A DNA stretch of 64,000 bases from the NCBI GenBank assembly GCA_963837955.1, contig CAWIPH010000002.1:1792001-1856000 (forward strand), written 5' to 3'. Below the pieces are notes generated by a model, which did not search any database, had not been told where the DNA came from, and saw only the letters and a list, made by a program, of their open reading frames with translations. Positions 29,310-40,100 of the stretch are shown in pieces; the first letter of the stretch is position 1, and each line of letters opens with the position of its first letter. Origin of the DNA: an uncultured Verrucomicrobiae bacterium (GTDB taxonomy: Bacteria; Verrucomicrobiota; Verrucomicrobiia; Chthoniobacterales; JAFAMB01). The position numbers and the translations under genes were made by a program.

Positions 29310-31463
29310 GTGATCTTGCTGAGCATGGCTTTGATTGGCGTGCGTCTCTGGTACGTTCAGGTAGTATTGGCGGACTACTACCGCCATAGAATTCGCGGCA
29401 GCTCTGAGGTCACGGTCCGGATGCCTAGCGTACGCGGAGAGATTCGGGATCGGAATGGCATTCCGCTCGTCACAAATCGGCCGAGCTATGAAGTCGATTT
29501 CTATCTCCCGGATATCGTGTCCGGCTACAAGCAAAAATACGGTCAGGTGCCGATGACTGAAGCCCGGACCAGGGACAACCATGGTATGCTGCACGACCGT
29601 AACCAGCCAGACATTGTTGAGATTGTCGACCGCGCTGTTGTTCCGAAGCTCCGGGCTTTTAAGCTGTCCGAGTCGTTCAACGCGGAAAAACTTCGCACGC
29701 ATTTCCAAAACGACTACCTCGTTCCATTTAAGTATCGTCAGGATCTTGATTTCGCGACTTTTTCCAGGTTCGCCGAGAAGGATATCGGCATTCCGGGCGT
29801 CCAGATAAATGTTACACCTGTTCGCGAGTACGCCTTTGGAGCGCTCGGTGCGCAGATCCTTGGTTATGTTGGTGCGCCGAAAGAGATCAGTCATTTATCA
29901 GACATTAAGGACTTTGATTTTTATCAGCCGGATGTGCAGGGAAGGGCGAATATCGAATACACGATGGACGACGTCCTGCGAGGAAAACCAGGGAAACGTA
30001 TCTTAACGAAGAACGCTAAGGGCCAGATCGAAGGCGTGAAGGAAATTGTTCAGCCGACCCCCGGTTCCAATGTATACCTGTCGATCGATGCGCGGATGCA
30101 GTATATCGTCGAAAAGACGCTCCGATATGTTGGCCGGGCTGCCTGCGTAGTCGTGGATCCAAATAACGGCGAAGTTCTGGCTATGGCCTCGGTGCCATCT
30201 TTTAATCCGAATAAATTCATTCCGGCAATCTCCGCTCGTGACTGGGAAGCGATCAAAGATGGGGCGGCTGATCCGCTCACTAATCGGGCGACCAGCGCTT
30301 ATGCGCCAGGCTCTACCTACAAAATCATAACTGCCTTTGCTGGACTAACCAGGAATCTCGCCAAAGCGAGATTTACGTGTTCCGGTGGCGTTTCATACGG
30401 GGACACCTACATGCATTGCTGGGGCGTGCATGGGAACCAAGATCTTGTCGAGGCGATTAGACATTCGTGTGACGCCTACTTCTACCAATTCGGGAACGCT
30501 GCGGGGATTGATGCAATGGATCGGGTTGGCAAAACGCTCGGGCTAGGCGAAACGAGCGGGATTGAACTTACCGATGAGGATCCAGGGCTGCTCCCGTCGC
30601 CCAATTGGTTGCAAACGACCAAGAACGAACGTTGGTCACAGGGTCAAACCGCCAATGCGGCCATCGGCCAAGGCTACGTCCTGGCCAGCCCGTTACAGAT
30701 GGCGATGGTTGTGGCCACGGTCGCAAATGGCGGGATTTGTTATCAGCCCACGTTGATGCATCAAATCCAACAGCCCGACGGCACGATCATTCGGCGACCT
30801 ACCAGAATTCGCGGCGACCTCACGAGAGACAATAAGCTGACGAAAGAACAGATCGAACTTGTCCGAAAAGGTATGTGGGAGGTAGTCAACGCTCCGGATG
30901 GGACTGGTAAACAGGGAGCTGTTCCTGGTGTCCAAGTCGCTGGAAAGACTGGTACAGCTCAGTTCTGGCGCAGCGGGAAAAAAGATAATCATACCTGGTT
31001 TTTGGCCTTTGCTCCTTATGATCATCCGAAGATCGCTTTGGCCGTCATGATCGAAGGTGGCAAGTCCGGGGGTGGCGTTGCCGCTCCGATGGCGGCTGAA
31101 ATTATCAAAGAGGTGCTTGCCCTCGACAACGGATACGATCCTGGCCTTAAGCGATTGGATCCCGCAATTGGAAATTACAAACTGGTCGACTCGGTTAGCT
31201 TTCCGAAAAACGGAGACGCACAGATCGCCTCGAGTGACGAAGTAGGTCCCGAAACCTCTGAACCGACCAACACGGCACAGACTACAAAAAGATCGACTCA
31301 AACTCGACAGGTTGAACCCGATATCCGTCCCGATCCAGATAGCCATCGGACCTCTCAGAACCCACTCCGAAACTTCTTCAATCTGTTCAAGAGCAAACCT
31401 AAACAAACCTCCGGGACCCCACCGGCCGATAAAAAAGAGAAACGTCACTTTCTGTTCTTTTGA
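29310..31463 (+). CDS. mrdA: Penicillin-binding protein 2 (class B transpeptidase)
   Basis: N-terminal TM, RGEIRDRNG, PGSTYK (SxxK), SCD and GKTGTAQ. Start codon uncertain. Confidence 0.9.
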   Translation: MILLSMALIGVRLWYVQVVLADYYRHRIRGSSEVTVRMPSVRGEIRDRNGIPLVTNRPSYEVDFYLPDIVSGYKQKYGQVPMTEARTRDNHGMLHDRNQPDIVEIVDRAVVPKLRAFKLSESFNAEKLRTHFQNDYLVPFKYRQDLDFATFSRFAEKDIGIPGVQINVTPVREYAFGALGAQILGYVGAPKEISHLSDIKDFDFYQPDVQGRANIEYTMDDVLRGKPGKRILTKNAKGQIEGVKEIVQPTPGSNVYLSIDARMQYIVEKTLRYVGRAACVVVDPNNGEVLAMASVPSFNPNKFIPAISARDWEAIKDGAADPLTNRATSAYAPGSTYKIITAFAGLTRNLAKARFTCSGGVSYGDTYMHCWGVHGNQDLVEAIRHSCDAYFYQFGNAAGIDAMDRVGKTLGLGETSGIELTDEDPGLLPSPNWLQTTKNERWSQGQTANAAIGQGYVLASPLQMAMVVATVANGGICYQPTLMHQIQQPDGTIIRRPTRIRGDLTRDNKLTKEQIELVRKGMWEVVNAPDGTGKQGAVPGVQVAGKTGTAQFWRSGKKDNHTWFLAFAPYDHPKIALAVMIEGGKSGGGVAAPMAAEIIKEVLALDNGYDPGLKRLDPAIGNYKLVDSVSFPKNGDAQIASSDEVGPETSEPTNTAQTTKRSTQTRQVEPDIRPDPDSHRTSQNPLRNFFNLFKSKPKQTSGTPPADKKEKRHFLFF

Positions 31464-31486
31464 GAACGCGGCGAGTGCTGTCAACG

Positions 31487-31933
31487 CCAGCGGCGAAGCT
31501 GCGACTCAAGAAAGCCAAGAGGGCGAAGCCCTAGGGATAAGAAAAAGGCAACCAGCGCTGAAAGCGCGTGACAAAAACATTTATACGGTTTGTTACGAAT
31601 ATATAGCGCCGTAGCTCGCAAATAGTTTGGTCCATCTAATCTCTTCGGCCAAAACGGGAGTCGCTAGATTGAAACGCACCTTCAGTGCCAGGCCAGGTGC
31701 TAGTCGATGGCGAGTGTTTTTGTTCGCCTTTCATCAGCTCGCCCACGCCCTCCAGCCAGCCCTTTCGCTGCGCCATCTCATTGAGAATTGGGCCGACATT
31801 GCTGATCAGTTGGCCGAGCCGCCTCGAATGCGAAAAGCACAAGAGCAAAAGTTCTACGACACAGTAGTCAAAACAAGTTAACGCTTATGCGGGCTTCGCC
31901 CTAGGCTTTCTTGAGTCGCAGCTTCGCCGCTGG
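31487..31933. mobile_element. 447-bp MITE/REP-doublet-like element with perfect 30-bp inverted ends (family B)
   Basis: CCAGCGGCGAAGCTGCGACTCAAGAAAGCC (31487-31516) is the exact reverse complement of 31904-31933. Confidence 0.7.
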
Positions 31934-31934
31934 T

Positions 31935-32010
31935 GTTCCCGGCTGCCGACGTTCCCTACGCTCCCGGCGTTCCCGGCGTTCCCGGCGTTCCCTACGCTGC
32001 CGGCGTTCCT
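31935..32010. repeat. 9-bp tandem repeat overlapping a gene 3' end
   Basis: About eight units of CGTTCCCGG/CGTTCCCTA/CGCTGCCGG type. Confidence 0.8.
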
Positions 32011-33035
32011 ACCAAACTCACCTTGATCGAACGTTGCCGATCCGAGGCTAACTCAAATGCTTCTTGGGCTCGCGCCAATGGCAACCGCTCCGTGATCAGC
32101 GAGTCCACCTCGATCCGACCACGCTCCAAGAGCTCAACGGCTTGAGCGAACTCGTCGTGAAACCGGAATGTACCCACCAGCTCGAGCTCGCGCGAAATCA
32201 ATTTACCAAGCGGGAAGATGGCACTAGCCAGCATGCCGACCTGAACAATCCGGCTTCCAGGTTTGACCGCTTCCACACAGTCAAGCAGAGCTGGGGGAGC
32301 GCCTGAAGCCTCGAGCGCGACGTCGAATCCGCCGATCTCATTACCGACCTCTCCCAAGGCGCCTGGTGTGTCGGCGACGTTCATTGCGCGATCGGCTCCG
32401 ATGCGCAACGCGACTTCTAGGGGAGCTTGAACCCGGTCTGTAATAGCAATTTCTCGTGCTCCGGCGTAACGGGCTACCAGGGCGAGAAGCAAGCCAATTG
32501 GACCAGCGCCAGTAATCAACACCCGTTTTCCGGTCAACTTGCCAGCTTGGTTCGCAGCATGGAGGGCTACCGACAGCGGTTCAGCACAGGCGATTTCGGG
32601 AAATGAAATGTCGGTAGTTAGCTGAATGCATTGAGTTTCGGCCGCGCAAAAAAACTCGGCGAAACCGCCTTGGATGTGAGGAAAGCCACGGGCGCTGCCA
32701 AAGAACCGAACCTCGGAGCAGAGGTTCGGGCGGCCTGTCCGGCAGTGGTGACAAACCCCACAATAGCGGGCGGGATTGACTGCGACCCGATCACTAACAC
32801 TTAAAGCGGTAACCCCGGGTCCGACCGCCGCCACTTCGCCGGCGATCTCGTGACCGAGGATCATCGGCTCGCGCAGACGAAAATCGCCGACAGCACCGTC
32901 ATGATAGTAATGCAAATCCGATCCGCAAATTCCACCGGCCCCGAGGCGAATGAGCACTTCGCCGGTCTTTGGTTGAGGTATCTTCTTTTCTTCAACCTGA
33001 AGGTTGTGAGCACCATGGATGACGCAAGAGAGCAT
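31992..33035 (-). CDS. idnD: L-idonate 5-dehydrogenase-like Zn-dependent dehydrogenase
   Basis: GGICGSDLHYY, LGHE, structural Zn cysteines, GSARGFPHIQGGF, GAGPIG and GTFRF. Confidence 0.8.
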   Translation of the reverse strand: MLSCVIHGAHNLQVEEKKIPQPKTGEVLIRLGAGGICGSDLHYYHDGAVGDFRLREPMILGHEIAGEVAAVGPGVTALSVSDRVAVNPARYCGVCHHCRTGRPNLCSEVRFFGSARGFPHIQGGFAEFFCAAETQCIQLTTDISFPEIACAEPLSVALHAANQAGKLTGKRVLITGAGPIGLLLALVARYAGAREIAITDRVQAPLEVALRIGADRAMNVADTPGALGEVGNEIGGFDVALEASGAPPALLDCVEAVKPGSRIVQVGMLASAIFPLGKLISRELELVGTFRFHDEFAQAVELLERGRIEVDSLITERLPLARAQEAFELASDRQRSIKVSLVGTPAA

Positions 33036-33196
33036 TGGGGAGTAAACGCCGGGGTTAGTGGGAAAGGCAAATGGCAAGTGCAGTTGATGAGACGGTGAGA
33101 GGCGACCGGTGAGAAGTGATTGGTGAGAGTGAGAGGAGTGCAGTCAGAACATCGGTAAATCGTCGCGGGCAAAGCGCCGAAGGCGTGTGTCATGAT

Positions 33197-33335
33197 AGCC
33201 TAGAGGGCGAAGCCCTAGGAACAGGAATATCCAGCGATCAAGCGCTGAAGGCGCGTGAGAGAACGGTACCGTATTGGGTTCAATGAACGGTGTGTATCGG
33301 AGCCGGGACAAAATTTGAAACGCACCTTCAGTGCG
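33197..33335 (+). repeat. Partial copy of the family B element
   Basis: Shares AGAGGGCGAAGCCCTAGG, AGCGCTGAA(A/G)GCGCGTGA and TTGAAACGCACCTTCAGTGC with 31518-31689. Confidence 0.7.
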
Positions 33336-33519
33336 TGATCGTCACCTCTTCGCCCACTAAATCTTGAAATAACCAGTGTTGTTCTTTACAGTCCGATCGA
33401 CCGCGATCCTTTTGTAAAGTTTAATTTCTTCACCCCCAACATATTACAAAATAGGGCGCCGCTTTATTACGCTTTTTGTAGGTTTTTTTGACTACTGACT
33501 GCGAATTCGGAGTTAAGCA

Positions 33520-35699
33520 ATGTGGCAGCTTTCGATTCGTTCAAAGATCATTATCACGCTGCTACTGACCGGTCTGGCATGCCTTGCGGTTGGCGCGATC
33601 ATCGGCTACCGCGCGGGAGAAAGAGCGCTGACGCGGTCCGTGGAGCAGCGGCTAACGGCGCAGCGTGAGATCAAGCGCCGGCGGGTCGAGAGCTACGTTA
33701 ACAACCAGCTCCGGTTCACCGCTACGATCGCTGGCTTGCCCGAAACCTCCGAAGCCACCAAAGCCCTGATCGGTGCCTTCCGGGAAATGCGTGCGCAGAT
33801 CCTGGGGGACCGGGTGGCCACCCAGGCCGACACCGTCGCCCTCGAGGCTTGGTACAAAAAGGCGTTGCTACCCCGGCTCGACAAGGTTGCGGGCAGCCAT
33901 ACGCCGCTGGAAGGTCTCATACCCACCGATCCCGTCGCCCGGCACCTGCAAGCCGAGTACATCGCCCGCAACCCAAACCCGGTGGGTGAAAAAGACAAAC
34001 TGCTCGCCGCACCTGGTGGCTCGCGCTACGATGACGCGCACGCGCGCTACCACCCTGCGCTAAAGCGCGCCGCGGACACGGTTGGTTTCTACGATATCAA
34101 TCTGATGGACGCGGCCACCGGCGATGTCGTCTATACGGTGGCGAAGGAGACCGACTTCGCCAGCAACATGTATACCGGCGCCTTCACGGAGTCCGGCTTC
34201 GCCCGCGTGGCGAAACGCGCGCTCGATCCGCGCAACGGCGGCAAACCGGTGATTGAGGACTATACGACCTACACGCCGTCGGCCCTGGCGCCGCAGATGT
34301 TTACGGCCGTGCCCATCATCGCGGACGGCCAGACGATTGGCGTGTTCGTTGCGCAGATTGACATCCGCACACTCAACAACCTGCTGACCGACAATAACGG
34401 CTGGCGCTCGACTGGGCAGGGCGAGACCGGGGAAGTGCTGCTGACGGGCGAGGATCGCCTGCTGCGCAGCCAGTCGCGCTTCATGATCCAAAGCCCGGAC
34501 GCGTTCCTTGCGCAGGCTCAGGCCAACGGTCTGCCCGCGTCGACCGCCGGCCAAATCCGCACGCTTGGCACCACCATCCTTTACATGCCCAACCCGTCCG
34601 AGTCGGTGGAGCAGTCTTTCCACAACCGGACGGGACTGGCTCGTATCCTGGACTATCGGGGCGTGGAAGTGATCTCGGCTTACGGCCCCGTGGAAGTGTC
34701 CGGCGTGCGCTGGGCGATCGCCGCCAAACAGGACGTGGCGGAGGCACTCGCCCCCTCGATCCGGCTCAAGCGTGACCTACTTGTGGCCGCCGCTATATCA
34801 GCGATCGCGTTGACTTTCCTGGCACTAGCCTGTGCCGGACTGTTCATGCGCCCGCTGCGGCGCGTTCTCGCTGGTATGAAGGCCGCCAGCGGCGGTGCGG
34901 CAGCTTCGCGCATCAAGATTCGCGGCAACGACGAGTTCGCCGAGTTGACCCGCGGCTACAATGGGATGGCCGACGCGATCCAGCAGCGCGACACACGGTT
35001 GGCCGAGGCGGAGCAGGAGAGGGGTGAACTGCTGCGCAGCATATATCCCGCTGGGGTGGCCGAACGCGTGCGCAGCGGTGCGGAGGTCACGGCCGAGACT
35101 ATCTCCAATGTCACCGTGGCCGTTGCTTTGATCGACGGACTGGACATCCTGGCGGCGAACGGCAGCGCCGCAGAAGGCCGCCGCATTCTCAATGCGTCTA
35201 TTGGATGCGCTAAACAGCGCGGCGGTCAGCCATGGGGTAGAGCCGCTGCGCTCACTGGGCGAGAGCTACGTCGGGGTCTGTGGCCTGTCCTCGCCAAGAC
35301 TCGACCATGCCTCCCGCACATTGGCCTGGGCTCGTACCGCAACGTTGGCGTTGCAGCGGCTGGGCGATGACTGGGTGAAGTCCGTCTCCCTGCGTTTCGG
35401 TCTCGCCTCCGGTGAGATCGACGTGCTCGTAATCGGGCGTTGCCACACCGCTTACGATATCTGGGGTCGGACGCTCGGCATCGCACGCCGCATAGTGCAG
35501 GAAGCCGAGCCTGGCTACGTTCGCCTGAGCGACACCACCTACGCCTTACTGACTGAATGTGGACGGTTTCAAGCCCTGCCCGCCAATCGAGACGCCGGCC
35601 TTGGGAAACATCAAGACCTGGAGCCGTCCTGCGATCGAGCGCGCCGCTGTCGAGGCCGCCCGATTAGAGACCCAACCGATGTCCTCTGGGGCGGAGTAG
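33520..35699 (+). pseudogene. Membrane sensor-HAMP-class III nucleotide cyclase-like gene with two +1 frameshifts (~35197, ~35556)
   Basis: TM, extracytoplasmic domain, TM and HAMP (DEFAELTRGYN), then cyclase motifs (LRFGLASG, YDIWG) split across ORFs 33520 and 35192. Removing two bases restores one frame ending at TAG 35699. May be an assembly error. Confidence 0.8.
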
Positions 35700-35705
35700 A
35701 GGTCC

Positions 35706-37103
35706 ATGCTCAATCTTACCCACTTATCTGTCTGGCCCTTCATCCTAATCCTGGGCTACCCAGTGCTGGCGATCGCCGTTTTGGAGTTCGCCCGCCGTAT
35801 CACCCTCCGCGCCCCGGTCGCCTCTGGCATCCTGCGCCAAGTGGCCTATGTGCTGCTGCCCACGGGTGCGATCTGGCTGATCTTGCGCGTCCTGGCCCAA
35901 CTGCCGGCTGATCACTGGGCCGTGCGGACATCCGAGACGGCGTTCGCGCTTACCGGCCTCTACTTACTCCTCCGCATCGCCCAGGTCACACTGGTGAGCC
36001 TGGTGGACGAACAGATGCGTGCGCCGAAACTGCTCCTCGACATTCTCCGCATCGGCGTGTCGCTGGTCTGGGGCTCGGTCCTGGTGTCGAGCATCTGGAA
36101 AGTCAATCTCGGCAGCCTGTTAGCGGCGATGGGCGTCGGCTCCATCGCGCTCGCCTTCGCGCTCCAGGAGTTCCTGGGTAATCTGCTATCCGGCCTGGGG
36201 CTTCTCTCCGCGCATAAGTTTAAGATTGGCGACTGGATCATGGTCGAGGGCAAGGCTGCGGAGGTTGTCGAGATGGACTGGCGCACCGTCACTCTGGTAA
36301 CGGTTGACGGCGACCGGGTGGTGGTGGCTAATAGCACGCTGGCCAAGGGCAACCTGACGATTGCTGCGCGCGCTAACGAGAAAGCGTCCACCACGGTGCC
36401 GCTGGCGTTTGGAGTGGAGATTCCGCCCGAGCAGGTCCGCGACGCGGTGCTGGAGGCTGGGCGCACGGTGCCCAACCTGGTCGAACCCGGCGGAGTCAAT
36501 TGCTTCGTCACCGCCATTGGTGACGGCAGTATAAAGTACAACGTAGTCCTCTCGGTCGCGAATCCAGGGATCCTGGCCGGCCCTCGCGACGAGTTCCTCA
36601 GCCGGTTCTGGTATGTCGCGCAGCGGAGAGGTCTGTGCCTGGACCGGTTGCCGGCGCCCGACGCTGCCGCCCGCTTGCGTATGTTGGAAGAGAAAGGCGT
36701 TTTTCGTCGCGACGCGGACACGCTGGCGCAACTCGCGCGCGCCAGCGTTTTTCGCCGCTACCGCCGCGGCGACTTAATGCTGATCGCCGGCGCGCCTGCA
36801 ACTGACGCCTTTCTGGTGATTGCTGGTCAGCTGGCGGTCGTGCTTCCGACCGGCGAAGGCGAGATCCGGCTTGAAGTGGTGCCGCCCGGGCAGCTCATGG
36901 TGATGCAGGAGATGCTGGCCGGCGGCTTAAGCCCCGTTCGAATAGTGGCGGATCACGATGCCGATGTTCTCGCGATTCCAGCCCAGGCCCTGGTCGACGT
37001 AATGGACCGCAACCGGGTGGCGGCCCGCGATATCACCGCCGTAGCCGAAGCGCGGCGCCAGGCTATCTTGCCGCTCAACCGCGGACTGCGCATCGTCGCC
37101 TGA
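35706..37103 (+). CDS. MscS-family mechanosensitive channel with C-terminal cNMP-binding domain
   Basis: ALQEFLGNLLSG, FKIGDWI and VVEMDWRTV; C-terminal RRYRRGD...AFLVIAGQL cNMP-type fold. Confidence 0.9.
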   Translation: MLNLTHLSVWPFILILGYPVLAIAVLEFARRITLRAPVASGILRQVAYVLLPTGAIWLILRVLAQLPADHWAVRTSETAFALTGLYLLLRIAQVTLVSLVDEQMRAPKLLLDILRIGVSLVWGSVLVSSIWKVNLGSLLAAMGVGSIALAFALQEFLGNLLSGLGLLSAHKFKIGDWIMVEGKAAEVVEMDWRTVTLVTVDGDRVVVANSTLAKGNLTIAARANEKASTTVPLAFGVEIPPEQVRDAVLEAGRTVPNLVEPGGVNCFVTAIGDGSIKYNVVLSVANPGILAGPRDEFLSRFWYVAQRRGLCLDRLPAPDAAARLRMLEEKGVFRRDADTLAQLARASVFRRYRRGDLMLIAGAPATDAFLVIAGQLAVVLPTGEGEIRLEVVPPGQLMVMQEMLAGGLSPVRIVADHDADVLAIPAQALVDVMDRNRVAARDITAVAEARRQAILPLNRGLRIVA

Positions 37104-37193
37104 TGATGAGACAAAGTCCCGCCCGACCTAAGAAAAACCGCCGATCGGGTCGATCGAGAATTCCTTCTTCGATTCGCGCTTCTCGGCGTTGCC

Positions 37194-40100
37194 TCAAACG
37201 ATCGGGATCGAATCGAGATAAATGAGCCGTTCGCCCAGTGGCGGAGGGAAAGGAAATGCCCGCGAAGACTTCATGCTCGGGAAGCCTGGGACTTCCAATC
37301 GGGCCTGGATTTCTTGAACGGTAACTTTTTCGCGCTGCGCTAGCAGAATCAGATCGAAGTCTTTAGGGATTAATTCGTACTCGGCAATTAAAAGCCGATA
37401 CTCGTTCGGTTGTGGATCGTTCGAGAAAGTGACCGTTCCGTACCAGAGAGCTGCGTCCGGCCCACTTGGCGCTGGACTTTGCGGCGTGATAGTGACATCG
37501 GCCGTGGCAGCGTCTTGCCAACCCAGTTCTTCACTCGGCGACGTCACGACCCTCTTCTGCACGCGAATGTCGATTCGATTGCGATTTGGTGCTTCCGGAG
37601 CCAAACCAGCAACGACAACTCGCAATGTGCGCACATCAAATGGCTCCCGAGTCACGACAACCGAGCGATCGGGCGTCAATTGGGCAAAGTCCGCTAAGAC
37701 GACGCGGGAAAGCTCCGCTCCAGGAATCGAGTGCGGCTGATAACGGGCCAGAGCCAAACGAATGAACGGCGCGTAGGTCTCCGATTCATCCAAGATGATG
37801 TCGCAATACCAAGCGTTCTTCGGTTTATCGAATTGAACTGGGTGGCCCGCGACATCAAAAAGAGCGCCGGCCGCTCCGTCGAGTTGCAGTCCTGTTCCAG
37901 TGGCGATCGCGTTCGCAAAGTCGCCGATTGTTGGAACCGAGGCAATCGGACGGGCTTGCCAGATTGGATCGAGCCCCCATTGAGTGAAGAACGGCTTGTA
38001 GGCCTCGCGATCGTCATCGGTTGGAGCGGGCGTGAACTCGGGCCATGTCACCACGCCGAGCAGTTCATCGACGCCCGACGAGTACCACGGACGCCCTAGA
38101 TAAACGCGGAGGCCGCGACCGGTCCGCACGCTGGTCTGGATGTTCGTCGAAAGTTCGCGTGTCCATCCGAAAGTCGGAACGACGTATAGCGCACTCGGCG
38201 CGAGCGGCCGCGAAGAACTGGGAACGTCAACGGTGATCGCGTAGCTGGTGCGAGTGAACTGATCGTCGGGGCCAGCAGGGAAATAGTCGCGGAAGCGCGA
38301 TGTCGCGATCGCTTTATATTCTACGATGTGGTGCTTGGTGTCGCCGAAATCGTGTTGTGGCGCGGCTAAGCCCGGTGCTATCGGATTCGACTCGGTGCCG
38401 GTTTGTTCGCCATCGTTAGCAAACCAAATTGCGTCGTCCTCAGGTAGGTAGTACCCGACGTGACGTTGTTCAATACCGGGCGCGATAAGAACCCCTTCCC
38501 TGGTTGTTGGGAGTGGAACTTCGTCGACGTGCGTTGAGTTATGGATGGTCGACGGATCGCCAGATCCGCTATCCACGGGATCGGTCCACTGCCCAGTAAT
38601 ATCGATCTTCACAGTGCTAGCGCCGTGAATTGTCAAACCGCCGATCAAACTGGCCCTCTTTGACGCCGGTGCACGCCACGCTGTCACCAATTGAAACGGT
38701 GAGTTTGGTTCCGACAGAAGTACCGCGGGACTCGTCCGCCGTACAGGGATCTCATCGAAATAAGGAATGCCGATCGGTTGCTGGACTGCATGAACGAGGG
38801 TCAGGGTGTGCGAGGGTGTTAATGCCCAGTGTCCGCCCTCCAAAGCGTAGCGCGTAACGAGTTCGAAGAATTCCGCGACGCTATTGAGTTCCTGTGCGAG
38901 GAACGGATCGTTCGCGCCGTTGCTCAGATAATCAGCGTTCAGCGCATCGACATACTGTTTGATCCACTCCCAGACACCCATCTCCCGAAGGTCGTTCGCT
39001 CCCAAATAACTGCTCAGCGGAATCGCTAGCGTTGTCGCTTTCGGGACACTGACTTTCAACTCGTGCCCCGTTGCGTCCCAGGCTGGTGCCCCGGCGCCCT
39101 CTACCAACTTAAATCTGAAAGACTGCAGGTCTGGCCATTTGCCGCCGAATGGAATCAAGGTTACGGACCCGGGGCGTTCGGGCGCATCCGGCGGTATGGC
39201 ATAACTCAGCTTAGACGCCTTAATCGTCCCGTTCGTGTCAGGAGGAGTGTCCGGAAGATCTCGAAGAGCTGCGCCATGCGAGAAGGGATCTGGGAGATAA
39301 GGTAGGGCGATGATCGGATCGGGCACGACTGGGACTTTAGTGTGTTGCGCGTCGCCGGCATCTTGGGTTGGGAGTATTCCGGCATCCTTGGTCACAATGA
39401 GATCATAGGTGGCTTGGTTGCCTTTGAGCTTGCCCGACGCGTTATCGAACATCCCGTGATGTTCGGCCATCTTCACATCGATGCGGGGTGGAACGATGTG
39501 CCGCTCGGCGGTTTCAGCGGTCGGTTTCGTGTCGAGCGAAGGATCGGTGTTGTGCGTACGAATGACGATCCGATCGAGCGACGAGCCATTCTTGTTGTCG
39601 AGTTCCCGGTAGGCGACATCGGGCGCGGGCACCGGCTCGTAGCGCAAGTACGGCGTTCCCTCCGGACTGCTCGGAATCGCGCTATCTCCAGGCTGGTCAT
39701 CCCGAAGTGAGATGCTATTGCCAGCCACATCGACCGTGCGCGCGCGAACCCGATAACTCCGACCGAAGCGCAGTTCAGGCAACGAACCTTTCACGACTCC
39801 AAACTGCTTCTTCATCTGAAATGGTGTTGCCGGCTCGTCGACTGTCGGATCGTCATCGAGTGCTTTGTGCGGATCGGGGCTGCGATTAAGCGATTTTCCC
39901 GGTCTGGGAACGCTCAGGCTCCAACCAGTCCAACGGGCGACGCGTTCGTGGAGATACAGGTCGGTGCTGCTGGGCGGGAGAGTCGGGTCGATCGGTGGAT
40001 CGGGCGGTCGCGTTGGATCGTCGGCTGGTTGCGCGACCGTGAGTTGGTTGAAGCCTTCTTCGTCGACCGTCTTAAACGAGACGCTGTTGCTTTCGCCGAA

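Noticed and set aside
29184..31484. Long antisense ORFs (236 and 263 aa) opposite PBP2, and similar shadow ORFs elsewhere
   Set aside because: They overlap well-supported genes on the other strand and carry no motifs.
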